Shown here: in pieces, positions 29,404-41,331 of the stretch | Position numbering within the stretch: the first letter of the stretch is position 1 | Layout of the letters: every line of letters begins with the position of its first letter | Assembly: GCA_965277405.1 (NCBI GenBank) | Contig: OZ255726.1 | Location: 32,001 to 96,000, forward strand | Length of the DNA: 64,000 bases | Source: Gammaproteobacteria bacterium | Lineage (GTDB): Bacteria > Pseudomonadota > Gammaproteobacteria > G965277405 | Reading direction: 5' to 3' | Notes under the pieces: model-generated | Told to the model about the DNA's origin: nothing | The model's input: only the letters and a program-made list of their open reading frames with translations | Database searches by the model: none | Translations under genes and position numbers: made by a program

Positions 29404-31064
29404 ATGTCCTTATTGCGTTTGGATACTGTTTCTGTTTCATTCTCAGGAGTAGCTGCTGTTAACCAGGCCTCTCTGCACATTGATGCGGGTGAGATAGTCG
29501 GTATTGTCGGCGAATCTGGATCAGGAAAATCGACATTAGGCAATGCAGTAATCAGCATGATCCCTCCACCTGGGGTAGTCAGCAATGGCACGATTCATCT
29601 TAATGAAATACTGATTTCTGGCAAAAATCAACTAAGTAAACAGCAGTTACAAAAGCTCCGCGGTGGCGAAATTGGCTTTGTGTTCCAAGACCCAATGACG
29701 AGCCTCAACCCATTGTTTACCATCGGTGAGCAGCTGCGTGAAACACTGCTCGCGCATAATATATGCGCTGTGGCAGCTGTCGACGCACGCGTTATCGAAC
29801 TCCTTGAACGTGTCGAAATAGATAACGCCGCCTCACGCGTCCATCAATATCCACATCAATTTTCTGGTGGGATGCGCCAGCGAGTCGTGATTGCAATTGC
29901 CCTTTCATGCAATCCGCAACTCATTATTGCTGATGAGCCAACCACAGCACTCGACGTTTCCGTCCAAGACAAAATTTTGCAAATACTCATAAAACTCTGT
30001 AAAAAGAACAACACACTGGGGTCATGCTTGTTTCACACGATATGGGCGTTATTGCCAATACTTGTGACCGCGTTATTGTTATGTATCTGGGAAAGATTGT
30101 TGAGCAAGGGATTACACAAGATGTGCTGCGCACGCCGCAGCATGAATATACCAAGCGGCTATTAGCAGCCGTTCCGCCAGCACATACAACGCTGCAGCGT
30201 TTTCCTGTAGATGCGCAACAACAGTATCCAAAAATTGATATCCACAATCACTGGCTTGGTCAACAACAACATGGAAAAGATCCGTTATTGCGCGTCAAAA
30301 ACATCGATGTCCGCTATACCATTCAAAAATCTTTTTTCAAAAAGAACAATCAATACCACTATGCCAATCGCAATGTCAGTTTTGAGATTAACCGAGGGGA
30401 GACATTTGGCATCGTTGGTGAATCTGGTTCAGGCAAGTCGACCATCGCCAAAACAATTGCTGGTCTTACTGATATCAGCCATGGTCAAGTGTGGTTTGAA
30501 GATGCAGCCCTGCATGCACTTAGCCATGGTGCCCGCTGTAAATTTGGCAAAGCCATCCAAATGATTTTTCAAAACCCATATGCCAGCTTAAATCCTCGCC
30601 AACGGGTGGGAGACAGTATTGCCGAGCCAATCCATATTCACGGTTTAGCAACAGCAAAACAAGCACGGCAAATAGTTGCTGATTTATTAAACCATTTAGA
30701 TATTGGTCAGCAAGCTGCAAATCGCTATCCACATGAGTTTTCTGGCGGTCAACAGCAAAGAATTTCTATCGCTCGTGCGCTTGCAAGCAGGCCACAACTC
30801 CTTATATGTGATGAGCCAACTTCGGCACTAGATGTGTCGGTGCAAGCACAAATAATTAATTTATTGAAGGACTTGCAAGAAGTCTTTGGTTTAACATTGC
30901 TTTTTATTAGCCATGATTTACCAGTGATACGCCAGATATGCCAACGGATTGCGGTGATGCGCGCAGGTGAAATTATTGAAATTGCTGATTGTGAACAACT
31001 TTTCAGCTCACCTAAACATCTCTATACCAAACAACTACTACACTTAATGCCTTCATTGGATTAA
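29404..31064 (+). pseudogene. Dipeptide/oligopeptide ABC ATPase with two fused NBDs; 1-nt frameshift at the A-run 30001-30005
   Basis: Two GESGSGKST/FSGG/DEPT sets; frame changes between LCK and EQHTGVMLVSHDMG; may be a sequencing error. Confidence 0.8.
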
Positions 31065-31162
31065 TACACAGTTCTTTGTTTTTTTAATTTTTTGCAAATT
31101 TTACCCTATTTACAACTGAAAAATACCGTACAATTTAACTTTCAACCAATAAGGAGAACCCC

Positions 31163-32697
31163 ATGCATAATAATTTTCGATTATCAATTGCAGCGCTGCT
31201 GCTGCTAATAAGCACTATTGCCATGCCAGTGCCGCGACACTCAGACTAGCCTATGACGCTGACCCAGTAACATTAGACCCACATGAACAGCTAAGTGGCG
31301 GGATGTTGCAACACAGCCATTTGGTATTTGACCCACTCATCCGCTGGAAAAAAGACCTCAGCTTCGAACCACGCCTGGCAACAAGCTGGCAACGCCTCGA
31401 TGATACCACCATCCGTTTTCATTTACGCAAAGGGGTAGTATTCCATAGTGGCCGTCACTTAACTGCGGCTGACGTGCAATTTACGGTCGAGCGTCTAAAA
31501 AAATCTCCAGATTTTAAAGCAATATTTGAAGTTGTTAAAGCCGTGAACATCATCGATGACTACACCTTTGACTTGGTGACGAAAACACCATATCCCCTGT
31601 TGATAAACACCGCAACCTATATCTTTCCTATGGATCATGAATTCTATACAGGACGAGATGAAATAATAAAAAACGGCGCGTCTTTTGCTTCGCGCAACTC
31701 ATCAGGAACTGGCCCATATATTGTTAGCGAACGCCAACAAGGGGTCCGCGTTGTGTATGAGCGCTTCAAAAAATATTGGGATACAAAGTCACCTGGCAAC
31801 GTGGACACTATTATCCTCACCCCAATAGCAGAAGACCCAACCCGGGTAGCAGCACTATTATCTAACGACGTAGACTTTATTGCACCAGTGCCACCTGCTG
31901 ACTTACAGCGTATCCGCGCCAGCAATTCAGTACACCTTATCTCGATGAATGGTACTCGAATTATTACTTTTCAGCTAAATCAACACAGCAACCCAGCACT
32001 CGCCAACACCAAAGTTCGCCAAGCAATCGTCTACGCTGTCAATAACGCAGGGATTGTCAAAAAAATAATGCGTGGCGATGCTGGGGCTGCAGCACAACTA
32101 TCGCCTATCGGATATCAAGGGTATAATGCGCATCTCAAGCCACGCTTCAATGTCGCTAAGGCCAAACAACTTATGCAGGAAGCTGGATACGCTGATGGTT
32201 TTACAGTATCAATGATGGCGCCAAACAACCGCTATGTAAATGACGAAAAAATTGCGCAAGCAGTAGCGGCAATGCTGGCAAAAATTAAAATAAAAGTCAA
32301 TTTGCAAACCCTCCCCAAAGCACAGTATTGGCCAAAATTTGATGAGCGCGCTGCCGATATAATGATGATTGGCTGGCATTCAGACACTGAAGATTCGGCA
32401 AATTTTTTTGAATTCCTCGCGATGTGCCCAAACACCAAAACGGGGTATGGACAATACAACTCGGGGAATTACTGCAACCCAGAAGTGGACGAATTAACCA
32501 CCAAGGCAAATACAGAAACTGACACGGCAAAACGCCAAACAATGTTGCAACGCGTTGAACAGATATTGTACAACGCAGCTGCGTTTGTGCCGCTACATTG
32601 GCAGAACCTAACATGGGCTGCACAGAATAACGTAGCTGCTGAGCCAGTTTTAAACGTATTGAATTTTCCATATTTTGGGGACTTAGTAATTCAATAA
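31163..32697 (+). CDS. Peptide ABC substrate-binding protein (DppA/OppA family); 1-nt frameshift near 31221 separates the signal peptide
   Basis: AAGGAG+ATG at 31163, signal peptide, then TLRLAYDADPVTLDP in the frame of 31303..32697; LRKGVVFH, GTGPY. Confidence 0.82.
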
Positions 32698-32706
32698 TAC
32701 CTACAT

Positions 32707-32815
32707 AAAGCCCTGAATAACCAATAGATGGACACGCTGGCGCAAATGCTACTCACAGCAATATATCCATTACTGCAGCTGTTTATGCTGGGAATAACGC
32801 GGTATTCAGGGTTTT
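32707..32815 (+). promoter_or_regulatory. Long inverted repeat between the SBP and permease genes
   Basis: AAAGCCCTGAATA ... TATTCAGGGTTT. Confidence 0.45.
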
Positions 32816-32841
32816 AACAAAAATATATTCGATATAAAAGC

Positions 32842-33825
32842 ATGATTGTATTCATCATTCGCCGCTGCATTCAAGCGTTATTAGTCATGGTAACAATCAG
32901 CGTGCTGGCATTTGCAATTCAAAGCCAGCTAGGCGACCCGGTGCGGATGCTAACAAGTGACAGCACTTCGGCAAAAGACAGAGAGATAATCCGAGAGCAG
33001 TTAGGTTTAAATGACCCCATCTACCTGCAATACCTCCGCTTTGCAAGTCGGGCCATACAAGGCGACTTTGGGACTTCATATTTTTTTAAAAGGTCATCAC
33101 TGGCAGTAATCTTAGAACGCCTCCCAGCCACATTGGAACTGGTCATCGTCGCCACGTTGATAATCATCAGCTATTCCCTTCCTTTTGGTATATTTTGTGC
33201 GGTATTTCCACAACATTGGCTGACAAAATCAATCATGGCTATTTCAGTCATAGGGATTTCTATTCCTGTTTTTCTCACAGCAATTATGTTGATTTATGTT
33301 TTTGCTGTTGAATTAGGATGGATGCCTTCGTTTGGACGTGGCGAAACCGTACAATTTGGTTTTTGGCAAAGCAATTTTTTTACTGTCGATGGCTGGCAAC
33401 ATATAATTCTTCCTGCGATTACGCTCTCATCAATCATGCTGCCGTTATTTGTGAGGTTAATTCGCAGCGAGATGGTCGAAACGCTCCAACAGGAATACAT
33501 TCGCTTTGCACGTTCCAAAGGCTTAAGCGAAACCGCCATATTGTTCAAACATGCATTGCGCAATGTGCTCGTACCAATTGTCACAGTTGGTGGTTTGCAA
33601 ATTGGCACCATGATTGCCTACACTATTTTAACAGAAACGGTGTTTCAATGGCCTGGAATGGGGTTCATGTTTTTAGAAGCCGTAAGTCGCTCAGACCTGC
33701 CACTGATATCAACCTACTTAATTGTGGTAGGCGCAATTTTTATTATCACCAATACCATTGTTGATATTTTGTATGGGGTTATCAACCCGACAATCAACTT
33801 GGTAACACGCAACACTAATGCATAG
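32842..33825 (+). CDS. Peptide ABC permease (DppB-like)
   Basis: GDFGTS, RLPATLEL, YIRFARSKGL, ETVFQWPGMG. Confidence 0.92.
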   Translation: MIVFIIRRCIQALLVMVTISVLAFAIQSQLGDPVRMLTSDSTSAKDREIIREQLGLNDPIYLQYLRFASRAIQGDFGTSYFFKRSSLAVILERLPATLELVIVATLIIISYSLPFGIFCAVFPQHWLTKSIMAISVIGISIPVFLTAIMLIYVFAVELGWMPSFGRGETVQFGFWQSNFFTVDGWQHIILPAITLSSIMLPLFVRLIRSEMVETLQQEYIRFARSKGLSETAILFKHALRNVLVPIVTVGGLQIGTMIAYTILTETVFQWPGMGFMFLEAVSRSDLPLISTYLIVVGAIFIITNTIVDILYGVINPTINLVTRNTNA

Positions 33826-34726
33826 ATATCCAAGCATGTGGCAGAGCTTATATAAAGATAAAATTGCACTCTGCAGCACGGCGGTGTTATTTCTGTTACT
33901 TATCGCTGCTTTTTCAGCGCCATGGCTTGCCCCACACGACCCATATAATCTTGAAACATTAGATATAATGGATAGTGAAATACCACCATTCTGGCAACAA
34001 CAACAACCAACATCATTTGTATTAGGAACAGATGATCAAGGGAGAGACCTACTCTCCACCATGATGTATGGAACCCGTATCTCACTATTAATCGGCTTTG
34101 GTGCGCTGTTATTACAATTAGTGATCGGGGTAACGATTGGGCTGATAGCTGGTTTTTTTGGTGGTAGCACCGACGCTATTCTGATGCGGATTGCCGACAT
34201 TCAGATGTCGTACTCAACTATGATGGTTGCCATTGTTGCATTAGCTGTTTTTCAAGCGGCAATTGGTCAAGAACAATATGCCACATATGCGTTGTGGATG
34301 CTCATAGTTGTCATTGGCATGGCTGAATGGCCAAAAATTGCCAGAACTGTGCGCGCAGGTACCCTCGCAGAAAAAGAAAAAGAATACATACAAGCAATGC
34401 AAGTCATCGGTGCACCAACCATAGTAATATTATGGCGGCATATATTACCAAACACCCTAACGTCGCTGTTTGTTATTAGTACGGTACAACTCGCAGAAGC
34501 TATCGTCACCGAAGCCGCTCTGTCATTTTTAGGACTAGGAATGCCGACCGCAACTCCTTCACTCGGTTCGCTGATATCTTCAGGTTTTGATTATATATTT
34601 TCTGGTTCATGGTGGATTACCCTGATTCCTGGTGTCGTGCTTGTGGCCTTAGTACTCAGCACTAACCTGCTCAGTGATTGGTTGCGCGACTTCCTTAACC
34701 CTAAACTCTACAAACACGAACGCTAG
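33818..34726 (+). CDS. Peptide ABC permease (DppC-like)
   Basis: LGTDDQGRD, GTRISL, HILPN, EAALSFLGLG. Confidence 0.92.
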   Translation: MHRYPSMWQSLYKDKIALCSTAVLFLLLIAAFSAPWLAPHDPYNLETLDIMDSEIPPFWQQQQPTSFVLGTDDQGRDLLSTMMYGTRISLLIGFGALLLQLVIGVTIGLIAGFFGGSTDAILMRIADIQMSYSTMMVAIVALAVFQAAIGQEQYATYALWMLIVVIGMAEWPKIARTVRAGTLAEKEKEYIQAMQVIGAPTIVILWRHILPNTLTSLFVISTVQLAEAIVTEAALSFLGLGMPTATPSLGSLISSGFDYIFSGSWWITLIPGVVLVALVLSTNLLSDWLRDFLNPKLYKHER

Positions 34727-34774
34727 ACCGCCACTGTAGGTAAGCAAACTCTGATTAAAAGCCACTGCAGCTAA

Positions 34775-35061
34775 GGCATCTCTGATTAAGTCGCTGATGG
34801 AGCGAGTTTGCCTGCAATTGCTGATGATTGCAAGGCGCATTCCGCAGGCGCATGCCGTAGCATATACGCCAAGGGATGCAACACAGCAAGCGCAGCAATT
34901 ACCATCAAACTGTTGTATATTCAACAGAAGGACGGGAAAAAACGCTGCGCTAACATCGTTGCAGCACTTGATAATACCACCAGTATTATCTGCGCACTGC
35001 GTCTAGTTATCATCAGCGTTTTTTCTCCGTCTCGCCCATCATGGACTTAATCAGAGCTTCC
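34775..35061. mobile_element. MITE copy D (287 bp), preceded by an older end relic at 34744-34758
   Basis: Terminal IRs; CTAA duplication. Confidence 0.92.
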
Positions 35062-35101
35062 CTAATACGCTACAAAATCAGCATAATACTCGCCGTGGTA
35101 T

Positions 35102-36142
35102 TTACGGCATAACACCAATAGTTTGCAAGCCTGTGTTTTCGGCAAAGCCATACATACAATTGATGTTTTGCACGGCTTGACCTGCAGCGCCTTTGCCAAG
35201 GTTATCAATCGCACTGAAGATAATGACGCCATCGCCAGTTTGGCTGCTGACACCTATTTGGCACATGTTGGTCCCGCGGAGATGTTTGGTCATCGGTGCT
35301 GTATTTGGCTCCAATACATCGACAAATGCTTCAGTTGCATAATAGTCACTGAGTACTGTATGGATGTGCTCCATTGCTAGGGCTGTTTGTAGGTATATAG
35401 TTACCAAAATACCTCGATCTATCGGCAATAAATGCGGGACAAAAGTAATAGATATTGGCTGATGTTTAGCAATTTGTTCGGTTACTTCGGCACTATGTCG
35501 GTGTCCTGTGATTGCATAGGGATGAAAGTTATCAATTAATTCTGCGGCAAGCCCCATTGTGCCAGGTGTTCTACCTGCACCAGTAACACCAGATTTTCCG
35601 TCGATAATTACGGAATTCCAGCTAATTTGTTTTGCACAATCACTTGTTTTGGCAAGTGGATGTAAAGCAAGTTGGATTGCAGTTGCGTAACAACCTGGGT
35701 TGGCAACAAGTTGCGCATTTGCTATTGCACTTCTATCTTGAGTTTCTGGCAGACCATATACTGCTTGCGGAATTAGTTGGATTGCTGTATGCCTTGTACC
35801 ATACCACCGTTGCCAAGTTGTGATATTTTGCAAGCGGAAGTCTGCCGCTAAATCTATCACTCTCACACCACGAGTCAGCAATTCTGCTGCAAATTCCATC
35901 GCCACGCCGTTTGGTGTGGCAAAAATCACAAGTTCGTAGTTGCAAAGTATTTCAATTGTTGGCGCTACAAATGTTTTATCACAGACACTACGTAACTGTG
36001 GTAGTGCTTGTTTTACCAGCATGCCTGCTTCACTTCTAGAACAGATTGCTTGAATGGATATTTGTTGATGTTGATAGAGTAAGCGTAATATTTCTGCGCC
36101 TGTATACCCTTTTCCACCAACAATCGCAGTGGCAATAGTCAT
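35102..36142 (-). CDS. argC: N-acetyl-gamma-glutamyl-phosphate reductase
   Basis: GYTGAE, IDLAADFRL, ANPGCY, SGVTGAG, DNLGKGAAGQAVQN. Confidence 0.95.
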   Translation of the reverse strand: MTIATAIVGGKGYTGAEILRLLYQHQQISIQAICSRSEAGMLVKQALPQLRSVCDKTFVAPTIEILCNYELVIFATPNGVAMEFAAELLTRGVRVIDLAADFRLQNITTWQRWYGTRHTAIQLIPQAVYGLPETQDRSAIANAQLVANPGCYATAIQLALHPLAKTSDCAKQISWNSVIIDGKSGVTGAGRTPGTMGLAAELIDNFHPYAITGHRHSAEVTEQIAKHQPISITFVPHLLPIDRGILVTIYLQTALAMEHIHTVLSDYYATEAFVDVLEPNTAPMTKHLRGTNMCQIGVSSQTGDGVIIFSAIDNLGKGAAGQAVQNINCMYGFAENTGLQTIGVMP

Positions 36143-36771
36143 GAAATGATACGAGTTGGAATAATTGGTGGCGGGAGTGTTGATGCGCGTTTACGCAACC
36201 AAGAATGTGCAATCAAAAATATAGCAAGGATCCAAAAGGTGCCGACAGGCACGGCAAACAGTAACATTGGCGTGTTGAACAGCCTGATTTCCCAAGGTGT
36301 TGCAGCAAACAGCGTGCCAAAACCAAGCAGCTCGCGGATACAGCCGAGCAGTAGCAGGATCAGCGCAAAACCTAAACCCATCACCACTGCATCAATGGCA
36401 GCTGTGACGATTGGCTGTCGCAATGCAACGACTTTAAGACGCGCAAGAATAATGCAGTTGGTGGTAACGAGTGGCAAGTAAAGCCCCAGTTCTAAATATG
36501 TTGCATAACTCCAACTACCTAAAACTAACTCTGCTATAGCAACAGATGTTGCAATGGTAACAGTAATAACAATTATTTGAGCGGAGGCTGGTATCAGCAC
36601 CCGAATGCTGCTAATAATTATAGCGCTGAATGTGATGACACAAATAGTAACTGCACTCAAGATGGTTGCGTTATATATTGAATTTGAGGCAGCCATTATC
36701 GGACATAAACCGAGCATGTGGATCAGCACAGGATTGTCTGATAGTACTTTGACAAGAATAGACTGCTGCAT
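36139..36771 (-). CDS. rsxE: Rnf/Rsx electron transport subunit E
   Basis: NPVLIHMLGLCP, YLPLVTTNCIILAR, IRELLGFGTLF. Confidence 0.8.
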   Translation of the reverse strand: MQQSILVKVLSDNPVLIHMLGLCPIMAASNSIYNATILSAVTICVITFSAIIISSIRVLIPASAQIIVITVTIATSVAIAELVLGSWSYATYLELGLYLPLVTTNCIILARLKVVALRQPIVTAAIDAVVMGLGFALILLLLGCIRELLGFGTLFAATPWEIRLFNTPMLLFAVPVGTFWILAIFLIAHSWLRKRASTLPPPIIPTRIIS

Positions 36772-36830
36772 GTTGCACTATAATCAGCGCACCTTGGCAT
36801 TTTGCAAGCATTGCGCAAGGTAATTATTAA

Positions 36831-36882
36831 GAAAACTCTGATTAAGTCCATTATGGGCGATGCGCTGCAACAACGAGCTTCC
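36831..36882. repeat. 52-bp internally deleted MITE
   Basis: TTAA|GAAAACTCTGATTAAGTCCATTATGGGCGA...GAGCTTCC|TTAG. Confidence 0.75.
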
Positions 36883-37075
36883 TTAGCATTTACACTTAGA
36901 GCTTCTACGTAAGAATCATATGATTGTGTTGGCAGTGTATAGTATTGTGTGCGGCGGCGTTTTATGCTGTTGCCCGATTCCTACCAGGCACAAAGGCGCA
37001 TGTATGCAGTCGCATTGTCCACATTACACATATATACACAGTAACATTACCACCGATTACGTTAAGGTCTAGCTT

Positions 37076-38464
37076 ATGCAAATTATTATTCTTGGCGCAG
37101 GACAAGTTGGCTCAAGCCTGGCACGATTATTGAGCAAAGATATAAAAAATCATATCACGCTAGTTGATTCAAACTTGGATAATTTGGAAGAGCTTAAAGA
37201 AAAATTAGATATACGCACGGTACATGGAAAAGCATCTCATCCGAATGTGTTACAAGATGCAGGAGCGGCAAGTTGTGATATCATAATTGCGGTAACGACA
37301 AACGATGAAATTAATATACTTGCCGCAGAGATTGCTAGAAATTTATACAAAGTACCAACGACACTGGCACGTGTGCGCGAAACCGCATACTCAGATAAAC
37401 GCTCTTTATTTGAGAAAACTCAACACAAAGCAGACGGTGGATTTCAAATCAATGTGTTAATCGCCCCTGAATCACAGGTGAGTGAGCATATTTTTAATTT
37501 AATTGAATTTCCCAATGCAAAGACTGTGGTTTCATTTGCTAATCAACAAATAAAGCTTGCTGCAATAGAAGCAGAAAAACACTGCAGTATGATTGGGCAT
37601 AAGTTAGCTGATATTTCGCAGGTTCTTCCTGCACTCAACTTAAGGGTTGCTGCCATTTATCGCAACCAACAAGCGCTGGTGCCTGATGGTAAAACGATAA
37701 TTAAAGAAGGTGATGAAGTGTTATTTATAGCATCATCAAAATTTATACGCGCAGTGTTGCATCATTTTCGACCAACGGAGCAAGTTGCCAAACGCATAAC
37801 GATTGCCGGCGGCGGCAATATCGGTCGCCTGTTAGCTAAGCGCCTGGAAAAAACAGCGCAAGTGCGAATTATTGAACAAAATCTTGAGGTATGTCATCAG
37901 CTGTCAGTTGAATTGCAAAACACCTTGGTTGTCAACGGTGATTCAACCGACCAACAGTTATTGCTTGATGAAATGGTAGATAAATCAGATGTTTTTTGTG
38001 CTGTGACCAACAATGATGAGTCAAATGTGCTATCGAGCCTTTTGGCGAAAAGCATTGGCGTGGCGCGGGTGATTACCTTGGTTGGCAAAGACACATACAG
38101 AGAGCTTGCTGATGTTGGACTGATGTCCTTGGATCATATTGTTGCTCCGCAAGAAATAACGTTGAGTAGCATATTGGCGTATATTCGACCAGGTGACGTT
38201 GCCAAAGTCCACACACTCCATTCAGGAACAGCTGAAGCACTTGAGATTGTGCTGCATGGCTCTGCTGCAAGCTCACAAATTATTGGCAAACCAGCTAGTA
38301 CAATCCCAGTGCCACACGGAACAACGATTTGTGCTGTTCTACGCGACGGCGAAGTATTGATTGTCCATAATGACACTGTATTGCAAGAACATGATCATGT
38401 TATTGTGTTTGTGAATAACATTAAGATAATTAACGAACTGGAGCAGTTATTCCATGTGTATTAG
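37076..38464 (+). CDS. trkA: Trk K+ uptake NAD-binding subunit
   Basis: Two RCK_N domains (GAGQVG, GGGNIG) plus RCK_C domains. Confidence 0.95.
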   Translation: MQIIILGAGQVGSSLARLLSKDIKNHITLVDSNLDNLEELKEKLDIRTVHGKASHPNVLQDAGAASCDIIIAVTTNDEINILAAEIARNLYKVPTTLARVRETAYSDKRSLFEKTQHKADGGFQINVLIAPESQVSEHIFNLIEFPNAKTVVSFANQQIKLAAIEAEKHCSMIGHKLADISQVLPALNLRVAAIYRNQQALVPDGKTIIKEGDEVLFIASSKFIRAVLHHFRPTEQVAKRITIAGGGNIGRLLAKRLEKTAQVRIIEQNLEVCHQLSVELQNTLVVNGDSTDQQLLLDEMVDKSDVFCAVTNNDESNVLSSLLAKSIGVARVITLVGKDTYRELADVGLMSLDHIVAPQEITLSSILAYIRPGDVAKVHTLHSGTAEALEIVLHGSAASSQIIGKPASTIPVPHGTTICAVLRDGEVLIVHNDTVLQEHDHVIVFVNNIKIINELEQLFHVY

Positions 38465-38465
38465 A

Positions 38466-39086
38466 ATGAGATATTTTGTGCTATTGCTGCTGCTATGTTC
38501 TGGAATTTCTCAAACTGTTGCTGCGACCGTTGACGTAGTAGGTCGTTTACAAGCAGTATTGATTGATCTACCCGCGTTACAAGCCGATTTCACCCAACAA
38601 ACAGTGACAGGTGACGGAATAGTGTTGCAATCGAGTTCAGGCACGCTGCTGGTACAAAAACCAAGAAAATTTGTATGGGATGTTGTCGAGCCATTTCGCA
38701 ACACAACTGTTTCTGATGGGAAGCAGATTGCCATCATTGACTATGATTTAGAACAAGTGGTCATCCAAGAATTTAATGAAGACATATACGCCACTCCAGC
38801 TGCACTGCTGAGTGGAAAAAAAAAAGATGTGATTCAGGCGTTTACGATTGAGTATTCTCACGATAATAACCGAGAAACATTTCGATTGACTCCCAAAAAC
38901 ACGGAAAGCCCAGTTGAAACAATTGTGGTGAATTTCATTGCTGGCACCCTTGCTGATTTGTTGATTGCTGACAGCTTAGGTCAACGCAGCTTGCTTACAT
39001 TTAGCAATGTTGATACCAACCCAAATGTAGATGAATCGATGTTTGCTTTTACATTTCCCAAAAACTTTGACGTTTTTAAACAATAG
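38466..39086 (+). CDS. lolA: Lipoprotein carrier LolA
   Basis: Signal peptide, ADFTQ, KPRKFVW, SDGK...DLEQV, TPAALL, DSLGQ. Confidence 0.88.
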   Translation: MRYFVLLLLLCSGISQTVAATVDVVGRLQAVLIDLPALQADFTQQTVTGDGIVLQSSSGTLLVQKPRKFVWDVVEPFRNTTVSDGKQIAIIDYDLEQVVIQEFNEDIYATPAALLSGKKKDVIQAFTIEYSHDNNRETFRLTPKNTESPVETIVVNFIAGTLADLLIADSLGQRSLLTFSNVDTNPNVDESMFAFTFPKNFDVFKQ

Positions 39087-39140
39087 CACTCCTTGATTTT
39101 TAGCGGAATAATCCAATACATACGTCCAATCATTAGTTAG

Positions 39141-39260
39141 GGAAGCTCTGTGTTGCATCCCTTGGCGTATATGCTACGGCATGCGCTTATCGGTTTGTGC
39201 CTTGCAATCATCAGCAATTGCAGGCAAACTCGCTCCATCAGCGACTTAATCAGAGGTTCC
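39141..39260. mobile_element. MITE copy E (120 bp, internal deletion)
   Basis: GGAAGCTCTG fused directly to TGTTGCATCC at a CTG microhomology; TTAG on both sides. Confidence 0.88.
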
Positions 39261-39264
39261 TTAG

Positions 39265-40495
39265 GGAATCTCTGATTAAGTCCCAAACAACAGCAATATC
39301 AGCTACAAAGATATACAATGGTGAATCTATTTGAATATTTGAATAAGCGGATAATCTTATGAAACAAACAACTTTTGCCAGTGCTGCATACGACCACAAG
39401 AAAGTAACAACAAAACGTGAAAAATTCTTGCAGTTAATGGACAAATTAGCTCCATGGCAACAGTTGTTAGAGTTAATAGAACCGCATTATCCCAAGAAAG
39501 GGAATGGCCGCCCACCGATTAATATGCAGACCATGTTACGCATTTATTTTTTACAGCAATGGTACAACTTATCAGACCCAGGGGTAGAAGAAGCACTATA
39601 TGACATGGAAAGCATGCGGCGTTTTGCCCATATAGAGCTGATAGACGATGCCATCCCTGATGAAACCACCATCTTGAACTTGCCCGCAGGATCATAGAAA
39701 AACATCAACTCAGCGTCAAGATACTTGCTGTGGTGAATGAGTATTGTATGGAAAATAATATAATAATCTCACAAGGGACAATGGTTGATGCCACGACCAT
39801 CAATGCGCCATCATCTACGCAGAATTAAAGAGAAAAAACGGGATCCTGAAATGCATCAAACCCGCAAAGGCAATCAGTGGTATTTTGGCATGAAGATTCA
39901 TATAGGAACTGACGCTAATAGCAATATGATTCATAGCGCGACAGTTACAGCCGCGAATGAAGCGGACATCAATGAACTCCCCAAATTGCTGCGTGAAACA
40001 GATAAGGTTATCTTTGCCGATGCAGGATATACGAGCGACAGTTATAAACGCGGCTCGCGTCACCTTGGGATAGATTGGCGCGTGAATGATAAACGTAAAC
40101 CAAAGCAGCAAATGAGCACCTCGCAGCGCAAACGCAATAGACAGAACTCTAAGGTGCGCGCCCGGATTGAGCACTGTTTTCGGGTAATCAAATGTCAGTT
40201 TGGTTATAAGAAAGCTCGCTACAAAGGACTAGAAAAGAATCGAGTACAAGTATTTTCTTTGCTTGCATTGACGAACTTATACATGCTGCGCGGACGACTA
40301 ACAGGATAGAACCGCCCAAAATTCAAGAAAAACAGTAAAAAACAATAAAAACAGTAAAAAACAGTAAAAAACAGTAAAACAGCAACACGAAGATCAGCGA
40401 AATGATCAAATATTGACCATTGAAAATTATTGCTATTATTTTTTTGGAGTATATGCGAGTTATTGGAGTATATGAGCGTCTTAATCAGAGCTTCC
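39265..40495 (+). mobile_element. IS5-family IS copy 2, transposase frameshifted (39359-40309)
   Basis: Near-identical to copy 1; +2 nt near 39682 and further indels near 39820. Confidence 0.93.
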
Positions 40496-40499
40496 CTAG

Positions 40500-40785
40500 G
40501 GAATCTCTGATTAAGTCCATGATGGGCGAGACGGAGAAAAAACGCTGATGATAACTAGACGCAGTGCGCAGATAATACTGGTGGTATTATCAAGTGCTGC
40601 AACGACGTTAGCGCAGCGTTTTTTCCCGGCCTTCTATTGAATATATGATGGTTTGCCTACAAGCGGTACTTGCTGTGTTGCATCCCTTGGCGTATATGCT
40701 ACGGCATGCGCTTATCGGTTTGTGCCTTGCAATCATCAGCAATTGCAGGCAAACTCGCTCCATCAGCGACTTAATCAGAGGTTCC
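40500..40785. mobile_element. MITE copy F (286 bp)
   Basis: Terminal IRs; flanks CTAG and TTAG. Confidence 0.92.
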
Positions 40786-40809
40786 TTAGGGAAATTCATT
40801 GGTGAAAAC

Positions 40810-41331
40810 ATGCAAGGTACAAAATTATTTCTAACCCTCGTGTTGGTTGGTATCGCGAGTACTAGTTATGCCGCTCAACAATTCTCTGCTGAAAATTATA
40901 AAAAACCCAATGTTGCACAACTGCGAAGTTCTCTTTCAACATTAGCATTTCAGGTCACGCAACAAGACGGCACAGAACGCGCGTATTCCAATAAATATTG
41001 GGATAACAATGCCGTTGGCATCTATGTTGATATCATCAGCGGCGAGCCGTTATTTTCATCTACTGATAAATATAAATCTGGTACTGGTTGGCCGAGTTTT
41101 ACCCAACCTATAGATCCACAATTTGTTACAGAACATACAGATTATATATGGTTCATACCGCGTACTGAAGTGCGCAGTATGTATGCAGACTCGCATCTTG
41201 GTCATGTTTTCAATGATGGTCCTGCGCCAATTGGACTGCGGTATTGTATTAATTCAGCTGCATTACGGTTTATACCAGTCGAACAACTCGCAGCAAAGGG
41301 ATATACAACATACATTCCATTATTCGATTAG
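40810..41331 (+). CDS. msrB: Methionine-R-sulfoxide reductase with signal peptide
   Basis: [33 protein letters not shown]. Confidence 0.93.
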   Translation: MQGTKLFLTLVLVGIASTSYAAQQFSAENYKKPNVAQLRSSLSTLAFQVTQQDGTERAYSNKYWDNNAVGIYVDIISGEPLFSSTDKYKSGTGWPSFTQPIDPQFVTEHTDYIWFIPRTEVRSMYADSHLGHVFNDGPAPIGLRYCINSAALRFIPVEQLAAKGYTTYIPLFD

